From Nostoc punctiforme PCC 73102 (GTDB lineage Bacteria > Cyanobacteriota > Cyanobacteriia > Cyanobacteriales > Nostocaceae): 32,000 bases of DNA. Below, piece after piece: positions 24,755 to 32,000 of the stretch. Made by a program: the position numbers and the translations under genes. Under the pieces are notes generated by a model. It saw only the letters and a program-made list of their open reading frames with translations. It was not told where the DNA came from and ran no database searches. The stretch covers positions 3,600,001-3,632,000 of the forward strand of contig NC_010628.1 in NCBI RefSeq assembly GCF_000020025.1, read 5' to 3'. Numbering within the stretch: the stretch's first letter is position 1; each line of letters opens with the position of its first letter.

Positions 24755-27310
24755 ATGCGTTTATCTCCCGTATTGCTGGCAGCAATAGCAATTACAGTCC
24801 CTTTGGGCGGCTCATTGAGTGCAAAAGCAGAAACCGCCAAAAGTTCAAAACAGACAACAGAAGTTTTGACACTAGGAACAAATCAGCAGCCAGAAAAGGA
24901 TACTAGTCAGCTTGACTCTAGTAAAAATCTAAAATCTCGATCTAATCTCACAGGGATTATAGAGGAACAGAAATCTCGTATTGTCGCAGTTTACCCTGCT
25001 AATCCAGCAGCGATGCCTGCGGTGGTCACTGAGCGCAGCCGAAGTGCGGGCGGCCATGCCTACGCGACACCAGGGGTAATAGTGCCAACCTCCACAACGC
25101 TAAAAACTGCACAACAAACCCCTCAAATCAATCCCAGCCCAACTCAACAGCCCTCTCCAGCGCCGGACATCCCACCGCCAGAAATTCAACAACCAACGCC
25201 TTCCCCAACTCCTGAGACGACTCCAGTCCCAGAGAATGTCAATCCACCAACAACAGAACCTTTATTACCCACAACTCCAGAACCATCTACCGCTCCAGAC
25301 GTTCCATTTCCAGATGGTCAACAACGAACACCTGCTCCAAGACCAGGTGCTACACCCAATCCGCAGAATGTTAATCCACCGACAACTCCAGAAAGTACTC
25401 AACCCAACACAGCCCCGGAAGCCAATGACCCCCGCGTACTGGTGTCGGAAGTCCTCATTAGATCCCAGTCTGGGCAACTATCACCAGAACTAGAAGAACA
25501 AGTTTACAGGGTAATTCGTACCCAACCAGGACGAACAACAACTCGCAGCCAACTGCAAGAAGATATTAACGCCATCTTTGGTACTGGCTTCTTCTCCAAC
25601 GTCCAAGCATCGCCAGAAGATACCCCCTTGGGAGTGCGGGTGAGCTTTGTTGTACAGCCTAACCCCGTCCTGAGCAAAGTAGAAGTGCAAGCCAATCCTG
25701 GCACTGGTGTTCCCTCTGTACTCCCACCTACTACTGTGGATGAAGTATTTAAGGAGCAGTATGGCAAAATCCTCAACTTGCGTGACTTGCAAGAAGGCAT
25801 CAAGCAGTTAAACAAGCGGTATCAAGACCAAGGTTATGTGCTAGCCAACGTCATTGGAGCGCCCCAAGTCGCTGAAAACGGAGTTGTTACCTTACAAGTA
25901 GCAGAAGGTGTTGTAGAGAATATTAGAGTCCGGTTCCGCAATAAAGATGGTCAAGAGACAGACGAGAAGGGACAACCAATTCGCGGACGGACACAAGATT
26001 ACATCATTACCCGAGAATTGGAGTTGAAGCCAGGGCAAACATTCAACCGCAACACGGTGCAAAAAGACCTACAGCGCGTGTATGGACTAGGGCTATTTGA
26101 AGATGTGAATGTCTCCCTAGACCCTGGTACTGACCCCAGCAAGGTTGATGTAGTCGTGAATGTAGCGGAACGCAGCAGTGGTTCTATTGCGGCTGGGGCA
26201 GGGATTAGTTCTGCTAGCGGACTTTTTGGAACAGTTAGCTATCAACAACAAAACCTGAACGGTAGAAACCAAAAACTGGGCGCAGAAGTCCAGGTGGGAG
26301 AACGGGAACTGCTATTTGACGTGCGATATACAGACCCTTGGATTGCGGGAGATCCTTACCGGACTTCCTACACAACCAATCTTTTTCGCCGCAGTTCCAT
26401 TTCATTGATTTTTGATGGCAAAGATGAAGATATTAGGACTTTTGACCCAAATAATCCCAGTAATACAGATGCTCAGGATCGCCCCCGCATTCTCCGTCTA
26501 GGTGGCGGTGTTACCTTTACCCGTCCTCTTTCCAGCAATCCTTACAAAACTTCCGTTTGGACTGCCTCAGCAGGTTTACAGTATCAACGAGTTTCCGCCC
26601 GTGATGCCGATGGCAATCTCAGAAAAACAGGAGCGGTATTCAATGATAATGGAGTGCCCCTCGACGAGAATGGAAACCCCACCGCCAATGGTCAACCACT
26701 AGAAATTCCACTTACCTTGTCTCCGGGAGGTGAAGACGATTTACTACTGCTGCAACTAGGGGCACAGCGCGATCTCCGTAATAACCCATTGCAACCCACT
26801 AGCGGTTCTTATCTTCGCTTCGGGGTTGATCAGTCAGTTCCCATCGGACTAGGAAACATTCTCCTAACCAGATTGCGGGGTAGCTACAGCCAATATTTAC
26901 CCATTAAGCTGATTAACCTTACCAAGGGGGCACAAACCTTAGCATTTAACCTGCAAGCAGGAACCATCCTTGGTGACTTGCCCCCCTACGAAGCCTTTAC
27001 TCTTGGAGGTAGCAACTCCGTCCGGGGTTACGAAGAAGGAGCATTAGGTAGTGGACGCTCTTACGTGCAAGCATCAGTTGAATATCGGTTCCCAGTTTTT
27101 TCAGTAGTCAGTGGCGCACTATTTTTTGATCTCGGCAGCGATTTGGGAACTAGCACCAGGGCGGCTGAAGTATTGAGCAAAAATGGTAGTGGCTACGGTT
27201 ATGGTCTTGGCGTTCGCGTCCAATCTCCACTGGGACCAATTCGTATTGACTACGGTATCAACGATGACGGAGATAGTCGAATTAATTTCGGTATTGGCGA
27301 AAGGTTTTAG
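24755..27310 (+). CDS. Omp85/BamA-family outer membrane protein with proline-rich N-terminal domain and POTRA repeats
   Basis: 851 aa. It starts with a signal peptide (MRLSPVLLAAIAITVPLGGSLSAKA), followed by a P/T/Q-rich region with an internal duplication (PENVNPPTTEP / PQNVNPPTTPE). POTRA-like segments and a C-terminal beta-barrel ending in ...RINFGIGERF (terminal aromatic residue) follow. Its position upstream of lpxC-fabZ-lpxA-lpxB matches the Anabaena Omp85 (Toc75-like) locus. Confidence 0.9.
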   Translation: MRLSPVLLAAIAITVPLGGSLSAKAETAKSSKQTTEVLTLGTNQQPEKDTSQLDSSKNLKSRSNLTGIIEEQKSRIVAVYPANPAAMPAVVTERSRSAGGHAYATPGVIVPTSTTLKTAQQTPQINPSPTQQPSPAPDIPPPEIQQPTPSPTPETTPVPENVNPPTTEPLLPTTPEPSTAPDVPFPDGQQRTPAPRPGATPNPQNVNPPTTPESTQPNTAPEANDPRVLVSEVLIRSQSGQLSPELEEQVYRVIRTQPGRTTTRSQLQEDINAIFGTGFFSNVQASPEDTPLGVRVSFVVQPNPVLSKVEVQANPGTGVPSVLPPTTVDEVFKEQYGKILNLRDLQEGIKQLNKRYQDQGYVLANVIGAPQVAENGVVTLQVAEGVVENIRVRFRNKDGQETDEKGQPIRGRTQDYIITRELELKPGQTFNRNTVQKDLQRVYGLGLFEDVNVSLDPGTDPSKVDVVVNVAERSSGSIAAGAGISSASGLFGTVSYQQQNLNGRNQKLGAEVQVGERELLFDVRYTDPWIAGDPYRTSYTTNLFRRSSISLIFDGKDEDIRTFDPNNPSNTDAQDRPRILRLGGGVTFTRPLSSNPYKTSVWTASAGLQYQRVSARDADGNLRKTGAVFNDNGVPLDENGNPTANGQPLEIPLTLSPGGEDDLLLLQLGAQRDLRNNPLQPTSGSYLRFGVDQSVPIGLGNILLTRLRGSYSQYLPIKLINLTKGAQTLAFNLQAGTILGDLPPYEAFTLGGSNSVRGYEEGALGSGRSYVQASVEYRFPVFSVVSGALFFDLGSDLGTSTRAAEVLSKNGSGYGYGLGVRVQSPLGPIRIDYGINDDGDSRINFGIGERF

Positions 27311-27313
27311 TTT

Positions 27314-27346
27314 GTCATTGGTCATTAGTCATTGGTCATTGGTCAC
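27314..27346. repeat. STRR heptamer tandem repeat (GTCATTG/GTCATTA, about 4.5 copies)
   Basis: gtcattggtcattagtcattggtcattggtcac begins 4 nt after the omp85 stop. Confidence 0.9.
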
Positions 27347-27360
27347 TTGTACTAATGGAA

Positions 27361-27395
27361 GCCTTTGGCGCAGCCTCTCGTAGAGAAGGATTAGC
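27361..27395. repeat. Dispersed short repeat with core TCTCGTAGAGA
   Basis: gcctttggcgcagcctctcgtagagaaggattagc is flanked by taatgg / ccatta inverted arms. Related cores occur at 31621-31680 (same orientation), 29192-29220 (inverted) and 3911-3955 (diverged). Confidence 0.7.
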
Positions 27396-27407
27396 CATTA
27401 GGGAATC

Positions 27408-27446
27408 ACAAAGGACAAATGACAAAGGACAAAGGACAAATGACAA
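27408..27446. repeat. STRR heptamer tandem repeat (ACAAAGG/ACAAATG, about 5.5 copies)
   Basis: acaaaggacaaatgacaaaggacaaaggacaaatgacaa. It is partly complementary to the 27314-27346 array (shared TTTGTCAT), so the two arrays can bracket the central repeat as a long imperfect stem. Confidence 0.9.
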
Positions 27447-27580
27447 TTAGCTTGCTAATTTTGACATTTACCTCAATACTGTTCCGATAAAGGGATTAAT
27501 GACTTTTTTAGGGGAATATCAGGGACTTTACCAAAACAGACGATGAACAATACTAAACAAAATATATTGACTTTTCGGCT

Positions 27581-28459
27581 ATGCAACAGCACACTCTAGC
27601 TGCCGAAATCACCCAAGTAGGGGTGGGATTGCATAGCGGTGTGAATACCCAGGTGCGGATACTACCAGATGAAACGGGAAGTGGACGCTACTTTGTACGG
27701 GTGGATTTACCAGATTTGCCGATTATTCCAGCCCAAGTTGCGGCAGTTAGTCACACTGTTCTCTCAACTCAGTTGGGTAAGGGTGAGGTATATGTTCGCA
27801 CGGTAGAACATTTGTTGGCAGCACTTTCGGGTATGGGTGTGGATAATGCCCGGATTGAAATTGATGGGTCAGAAGTCCCGCTTTTGGATGGTTCAGCAAG
27901 TGTGTGGGTAGCCAACATTGCCCAAGTTGGCCTAGTATCACAACCCGTTAACAACCAAGTTCCTTTGACTGTTACAGAACCAATATGGGTCTATCAAGGT
28001 GATGCCTTTGTATGTGCCCTCCCAGCACCAGAAACTCGTTTTAGTTACGGTATTGAATTTGACCTGCCTGCCATTGGTAATCAATGGTATAGTTGGTCAC
28101 TAACCACTGAACTAGAAAAAGCTTCTGCTAGCTTTGCTGCCGAAATTGCTCCTGCCCGTACTTTTGGGTTACTGCATCAAATTGAACACTTACAAAAAAC
28201 TGGGTTAATTAAAGGTGGTAGTTTGGATAATGCACTTGTTTGCGGGCCAGAAGGGTGGCTAAATCCTCCGTTGAGATTTGCAAATGAACCAGTCCGTCAT
28301 AAAATCTTGGATTTAGTCGGAGATTTGAGTTTACTAGGGGCTTTTCCTCGGGCTCATTTCTTAGCGTATAAAGCCAGCCATAATTTACACATTCAATTGG
28401 CTCAGAAAATTTTAGATTTTGGATTCGACTTCGCTCAGTCGAACGATTTTAGATTTTGA
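27581..28459 (+). CDS. lpxC: UDP-3-O-acyl-N-acetylglucosamine deacetylase
   Basis: 292 aa. [52 protein letters not shown] and [10 protein letters not shown] are LpxC signatures. The C-terminal tail is encoded by a repeat element (see 28408-28464). Confidence 0.9.
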
Positions 28460-28464
28460 ATTTG
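28408..28464. repeat. Short repeat element forming the 3' end of lpxC
   Basis: gattttagattttg occurs twice (about 28414 and 28444), flanking the inverted repeat ttcgac ttcgctca gtcgaa. The core gagcgaag-cga is shared in inverted orientation with ttcggagcgaagcgacg at about 20199-20216. Confidence 0.6.
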
Positions 28465-28550
28465 CTCTAAAGCTTAAAATCCAGGATTATTAAGATTTCG
28501 ATCTACGCCTGCCTGCTAAACTTTCAGATGAAAAATTAACTATAGGGCCA

Positions 28551-29081
28551 ATGTCAATCCTCACTGAAGTGAATACTATCGATCCAACTACACCTACATC
28601 TACCGAACTACAGGGTATAAATGAGACTGCGATCGCCTCTGAAATTAAAACAACTTTCACATCTGAAGAAATTCAAAAATTATTACCCCACCGCTACCCA
28701 TTTTTACTTGTAGATAAAATAATTGACTACGTTCCAGGTAAAAAAGCTGTTGGCGTTAAAAATGTTACTATCAACGAACACTATTTCCAAGGACATTTCC
28801 CCGGCCGTCCACTGATGCCAGGGGTGCTAATTGTCGAAGCAATGGCACAAGTTGGGGGCATTGTTCTTACTCAAATGTCTTCGGTAGAAGGCGGGCTATT
28901 TGTTTTCGCTGGTATCGATAAAGTTCGCTTTCGCCGCCAGGTCGTACCGGGGGATCAACTAGTCATGACAGTGGAACTGTTATGGGTAAAACAACGTCGT
29001 TTCGGTAAGATGCAAGGTCGTGCCGAAGTTGACGGTCAACTTGCTTGTGAAGGGGAATTAATGTTTTCTCTAGTCAACTAA
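28551..29081 (+). CDS. fabZ: 3-hydroxyacyl-ACP dehydratase
   Basis: 176 aa. [43 protein letters not shown] and [17 protein letters not shown] are FabZ hot-dog-fold signatures. The N-terminal extension of about 35 aa is common in cyanobacterial FabZ. Confidence 0.95.
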   Translation: MSILTEVNTIDPTTPTSTELQGINETAIASEIKTTFTSEEIQKLLPHRYPFLLVDKIIDYVPGKKAVGVKNVTINEHYFQGHFPGRPLMPGVLIVEAMAQVGGIVLTQMSSVEGGLFVFAGIDKVRFRRQVVPGDQLVMTVELLWVKQRRFGKMQGRAEVDGQLACEGELMFSLVN

Positions 29082-29191
29082 AAGTTTGCTTTCGTGGTGT
29101 GGGCATAGCCGTGAAATGCCCTTACTGAATCCTACAAAAGGATAACAGTTAAAAAAAAATCCACAACAGCATCTGATAATTTCTTGATTTT

Positions 29192-29220
29192 CGATGCCCT
29201 CTCTACGAGATGCTACTCGA
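29192..29220. repeat. Dispersed short repeat (inverted copy of the TCTCGTAGAGA core)
   Basis: cgatgccctctctacgagatgctactcga; the reverse complement contains gcatctcgtagagaggg. It lies in the unusually long 307-bp fabZ-lpxA spacer. Confidence 0.6.
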
Positions 29221-29388
29221 ACACACTTAACTTGCTTTGCCCGACACTTTCGTTCACTGAAATACTTCACGCTCTACCAGTCGCCTTGATGGGGCGGTAG
29301 TTTGTATAAATCTCTTAACCAGATTAACACGCTGCCTTAGAAACCCTATCTGGCGCTGACTTATCAAGACAGTTCTGGAGATTCACCC

Positions 29389-30207
29389 TTGAAAACGCTA
29401 ATTCATCCAACTGCTGTAATTCATCCGAAATCGGAACTCCACCATACAGTGCAAGTCGGTGCCTATGCTGTGATTGGAGCGCATGTCAAAGTGGGCCCTG
29501 AAACAATAATCGGCGCTCATGCTGTGTTAGAGGGGCCTTGTGAGATTGGGGCGCAAAATCAGATTTTTACAGGTGCAGCCATCGGTATGGAACCCCAGGA
29601 TCTCAAGTTTGTGGGAGAACCAACTTGGGTCAAAATTGGTGATAACAACTTAATTCGTGAGTACGTTACCATTAACCGTGCTACTGGTGCTGGTGAAGCA
29701 ACGGTAATTGGTGATGGTAACTTGCTGATGGCTTATGTCCATGTGGCTCATAACTGTGTAATTGAAGACCAGGTAGTGATTGCCAACTCTGTAGCGTTGG
29801 CGGGTCATGTGCATATAGAGTCACGTGCCAGGCTGAGTGGGGTTTTAGGTGTCCATCAATTTGTGCGTATTGGTAGACACGCAATGGTGGGAGGTATGGC
29901 ACGTATTGACCGGGATGTAGCCCCATATATGCTAGTAGAGGGAAATCCGGCGCGAGTGCGAACCCTCAACCTTGTGGGACTCAAACGGTCTGGTATGGAT
30001 TCAGCAGATTTGCTTGCACTCAAAAAAGCCTTCCGAATTCTCTACCGTTCTGATTTGTCCTTTAAGGATGCTTTGGAAAAACTGGAACTTTTAGGCGATA
30101 GCGAACAATTACAACATCTGCGTCGCTTCCTGCTACTTTCTCAGATGCCAGGTAGACGCGGCTTGATTCCCGGTAAAGGGAAAAAAGGCACGAGTGATGA
30201 ATCGTGA
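29389..30207 (+). CDS. lpxA: Acyl-ACP--UDP-N-acetylglucosamine O-acyltransferase
   Basis: 272 aa with a TTG start per the ORF track. It has left-handed beta-helix hexapeptide repeats (IHPTAVIHPKSELHHTVQVGAYAVIGAHVKVGPETIIGAHAVL...) and the LpxA C-terminal helical domain (NLVGLKRSG...LKKAFRILYRS). Confidence 0.9.
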   Translation: MKTLIHPTAVIHPKSELHHTVQVGAYAVIGAHVKVGPETIIGAHAVLEGPCEIGAQNQIFTGAAIGMEPQDLKFVGEPTWVKIGDNNLIREYVTINRATGAGEATVIGDGNLLMAYVHVAHNCVIEDQVVIANSVALAGHVHIESRARLSGVLGVHQFVRIGRHAMVGGMARIDRDVAPYMLVEGNPARVRTLNLVGLKRSGMDSADLLALKKAFRILYRSDLSFKDALEKLELLGDSEQLQHLRRFLLLSQMPGRRGLIPGKGKKGTSDES

Positions 30208-30210
30208 ATT

Positions 30211-30291
30211 ATGAGTTAGGAGTTATGGGTTAGGAGTTATGGTTGATGAATTGAATTTTTAACTCCTGACTCTTAACTCCTCACTTCTAAC
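30211..30291. repeat. Inverted pair of STRR heptamer arrays (AGGAGTT-type / AACTCCT-type) forming a long hairpin
   Basis: The left arm is atgagtt aggagtt atgggtt aggagtt (30211-30238). The right arm is aactcct gactctt aactcct cacttct (30261-30288). It sits between lpxA and lpxB. Confidence 0.9.
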
Positions 30292-30329
30292 TATTTATTC
30301 CTAAGTTTTTACTAATTACCAATTATCAA

Positions 30330-31496
30330 ATGCGGATTTTTATCAGCACTGGCGAAGTATCTGGCGATTTACAAGGATCGCTGCTCATTACAGCGCTGAA
30401 GCGTCAAGCTATGGCGATTGGGTTGAAATTAGAGATTGTGGCGCTGGGTGGCGAAAAAATGGTGGAGGCTGGGGCAATTCTGCTGGGCAATACTAGTAGT
30501 ATTGGCTCAATGGGTATTCTAGAAGGGTTGCCCTATATTCTACCTACTCTCCAGGTACAACGTCAGGCGATCGCTTCTCTAAAACAAAATCCACCAGATT
30601 TAGTAGTGCTGATCGATTATATGACTCCCAATCTGGAAATTGGGACTTATATGAAACAGCAGCTACCAGATGTGCCTGTGGTATATTACATTGCTCCCCA
30701 AGAATGGGCTTGGTCATTAAGTTTGCGTAGAACTAACCGGATTGTTGGTTTTACAGATAAGCTGTTGGCAATTTTCCCACAAGAAGCCCGTTTTTTTCGT
30801 GAGCAAGGGGCAAAAGTTACTTGGGTAGGGCATCCTTTGATTGACCGAATGCAAGACGCTCCCAGTCGCCAAGCAGCGCGTGCAACACTGGGGATTGCGC
30901 CAGAACAAATTGCGATCGCACTTCTCCCCGCCTCTCGCCGCCAAGAATTAAAATATCTTTTACCAGTAATTTTTCAAGCCGCCCAAACTATTCAAGCTAA
31001 ATTACCTGAAGTTCATTTCTGGATTCCCCTTTCTTTGGAAGTCTATAGACAGCCAATTGAGGAGGCTATTGAGCGTTACGGTTTACGGGCGACAGTTCTA
31101 TCAGGTCAACAAATGGAAGTTTTTGCTGCGGCTGATTTAGCCATTAGTAAATCTGGTACTGTCAATTTAGAACTTGCTTTGTTAAATGTGCCCCAAGTTG
31201 TAGTTTACCGCCTCAGTCGCCTGACTGCTTGGATAGCTCGTAAAATCCTCAAAGGTTCTATAGCCTTTGCATCGCCACCCAACTTAGTTGTGATGAAGCC
31301 GATTGTGCCAGAATTTTTACAAGAGCAAGCCACAGCAGAGAATATTATCCAAGCCGCGATGGAACTACTACTCAATCCCAGTCGCAGAGAGCAAACTTTG
31401 CTAGATTATGAAGAAATGCGGCAAAGTTTAGGAGAAGTGGGAGTGTGCGATCGCGTTGCTCAAGAAATTTTGCAAATGCGACCAAATAATTCGTAG
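30330..31496 (+). CDS. lpxB: Lipid-A-disaccharide synthase
   Basis: 388 aa. MRIFISTGEVSGDLQGSLL, VYYIAPQEWAW, SKSGTVNLELALLNVPQVVVYR are LpxB signatures, and it is the last gene of the lpx cluster. Confidence 0.9.
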   Translation: MRIFISTGEVSGDLQGSLLITALKRQAMAIGLKLEIVALGGEKMVEAGAILLGNTSSIGSMGILEGLPYILPTLQVQRQAIASLKQNPPDLVVLIDYMTPNLEIGTYMKQQLPDVPVVYYIAPQEWAWSLSLRRTNRIVGFTDKLLAIFPQEARFFREQGAKVTWVGHPLIDRMQDAPSRQAARATLGIAPEQIAIALLPASRRQELKYLLPVIFQAAQTIQAKLPEVHFWIPLSLEVYRQPIEEAIERYGLRATVLSGQQMEVFAAADLAISKSGTVNLELALLNVPQVVVYRLSRLTAWIARKILKGSIAFASPPNLVVMKPIVPEFLQEQATAENIIQAAMELLLNPSRREQTLLDYEEMRQSLGEVGVCDRVAQEILQMRPNNS

Positions 31497-31519
31497 TTCG
31501 TAATTCGTAATTCGTAATT
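31490..31519. repeat. STRR heptamer tandem repeat (TTCGTAG/TTCGTAA x4) overlapping the lpxB stop codon
   Basis: ttcgtag ttcgtaa ttcgtaa ttcgtaa tt; the TAG of the first unit (31494-31496) is the lpxB stop. Confidence 0.9.
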
Positions 31520-31607
31520 AAAAATAGAGAATCAATCAGTTTACTTAGGAGTAAAATTAAGTACGAACTACCTATTATTTGCCGAAACCCGCATTTATGC
31601 TTATGGT

Positions 31608-31693
31608 AATTACGAATTACCTTAGCGTAGCGGTAGCGATTCCGCGTTCGCTTTTAGCGTTTCGTAGAGAGCGTCATTAGAAATTACGAATTA
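31608..31693. repeat. Inverted STRR copies (AATTACG) bracketing a dispersed TCGTAGAGA-core repeat
   Basis: aattacgaattac (31608-31620) and aattacgaatta (31682-31693) flank cttagcgtagcggtagcgattccgcgttcgcttttagcgtttcgtagagagcgtcattag. They are complementary to the 31490-31519 array. Confidence 0.75.
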
Positions 31694-31705
31694 GATTGGG
31701 GTGTC

Positions 31706-32000
31706 ATGGCTTATGAGATGAGAAAACAAAGAGCGATCGCAGTTGATTTGTTCGCTGGCGCGGGTGGTATGACTCTTGGCTTTGAACAAGCTGGTTTTGA
31801 CGTGCTAGCCTCTGTAGAAATTGACCCTATCCACTGTGCAACACATGAGTTTAATTTTCCTTATTGCTCAGTGTTATGTCAAAGTGTTGTGGATACAACT
31901 GGTGAAGAAATTAGGAGTCGGTCTAAAATTGGCGATCGCGAAATTGATGTGGTAATTTGTGGTTCACCATGTCAAGGATTTTCTCTAATTGGTAAACGGG
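31706..32000 (+). CDS. DNA (cytosine-5)-methyltransferase, N-terminal part (runs off the right edge of the window)
   Basis: Manual translation gives MAYEMRKQRAIAVDLFAGAGGMTLGFEQAGFDVLASVEIDPIHCATHEFNFP...IDVVICGSPCQGFSLIGKR. Motif I (DLFAGAGG) and motif IV (GSPCQGFS, catalytic PC) of C5 methyltransferases are both present. Confidence 0.85.
   Translation, partial: MAYEMRKQRAIAVDLFAGAGGMTLGFEQAGFDVLASVEIDPIHCATHEFNFPYCSVLCQSVVDTTGEEIRSRSKIGDREIDVVICGSPCQGFSLIGKR

Noticed and set aside
25236-27383. Several 60-100-aa ORFs in both orientations inside omp85 (25236, 25265, 25490, 25504, 26502, 27119, 27183)
   Set aside because: All are nested in or antisense to the 851-aa Omp85 frame. The ones over the Pro-rich region arise from its compositional bias, and 27183-27383 runs out into the STRR array.
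27314-27446. Possibility that the regularly spaced short repeats (here and at 30211-30291 and 31490-31693) form a CRISPR array
   Set aside because: The repeat unit is 7 bp in direct tandem with no unique spacers. These are STRR heptamer arrays rather than 25-40-bp CRISPR repeats separated by spacers, and no cas genes are present.
29070-29270. 66-aa minus-strand ORF in the fabZ-lpxA spacer
   Set aside because: It covers a spacer made of dispersed repeat copies and hairpins. It has no motifs and is Cys/Arg-rich in a way typical of chance frames.

Overview
This 32 kb window looks like chromosomal DNA from a filamentous Nostoc/Anabaena-type cyanobacterium. The evidence is about 25 copies (counted by eye) of the HIP1 octamer GCGATCGC, where about 0.5 is expected by chance. 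There are also many heptameric STRR tandem repeats in intergenic spacers, and the gene content is typically cyanobacterial.

Most of the window is core housekeeping. It holds a partial xseA, a RelE/Phd toxin-antitoxin pair and recA with a LexA-box-like operator. These are followed by an FHA protein, a Ser/Thr kinase with a 4-Cys N-terminus and pentapeptide-repeat C-terminus, and a squalene-synthase-like gene. Further along are rtcA, sqdB-sqdX, a CyaB1-type GAF-GAF-PAS adenylate cyclase and purC. Last come the conserved outer-membrane/lipid A cluster omp85-lpxC-fabZ-lpxA-lpxB and the 5' end of a C5 cytosine DNA methyltransferase.

Two accessory loci stand out:
1. A 782-aa protein (14897-17245) joins a strikingly eukaryote-like four-EF-hand calmodulin domain to a C-terminal Erv1/ALR-type (CxxC, FAD-linked) sulfhydryl-oxidase-like domain. 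I regard this as the most novel item in the window.
2. A 1181-aa secreted protein combines a beta-helix, four Ig-like domains and RTX repeats. The four 345-bp domain-encoding repeats are almost identical and alternate in an A-B-A-B pattern.

Three decayed gene remnants are present: a TIR domain gene, an FAD oxidoreductase gene and a DUF4291 gene. Several short dispersed or inverted repeat elements sit at gene boundaries and in places supply start, stop or tail codons. I found no tRNA, rRNA, CRISPR array or intact transposase. All calls rest on reading the sequence and on remembered family signatures; no searches were run.
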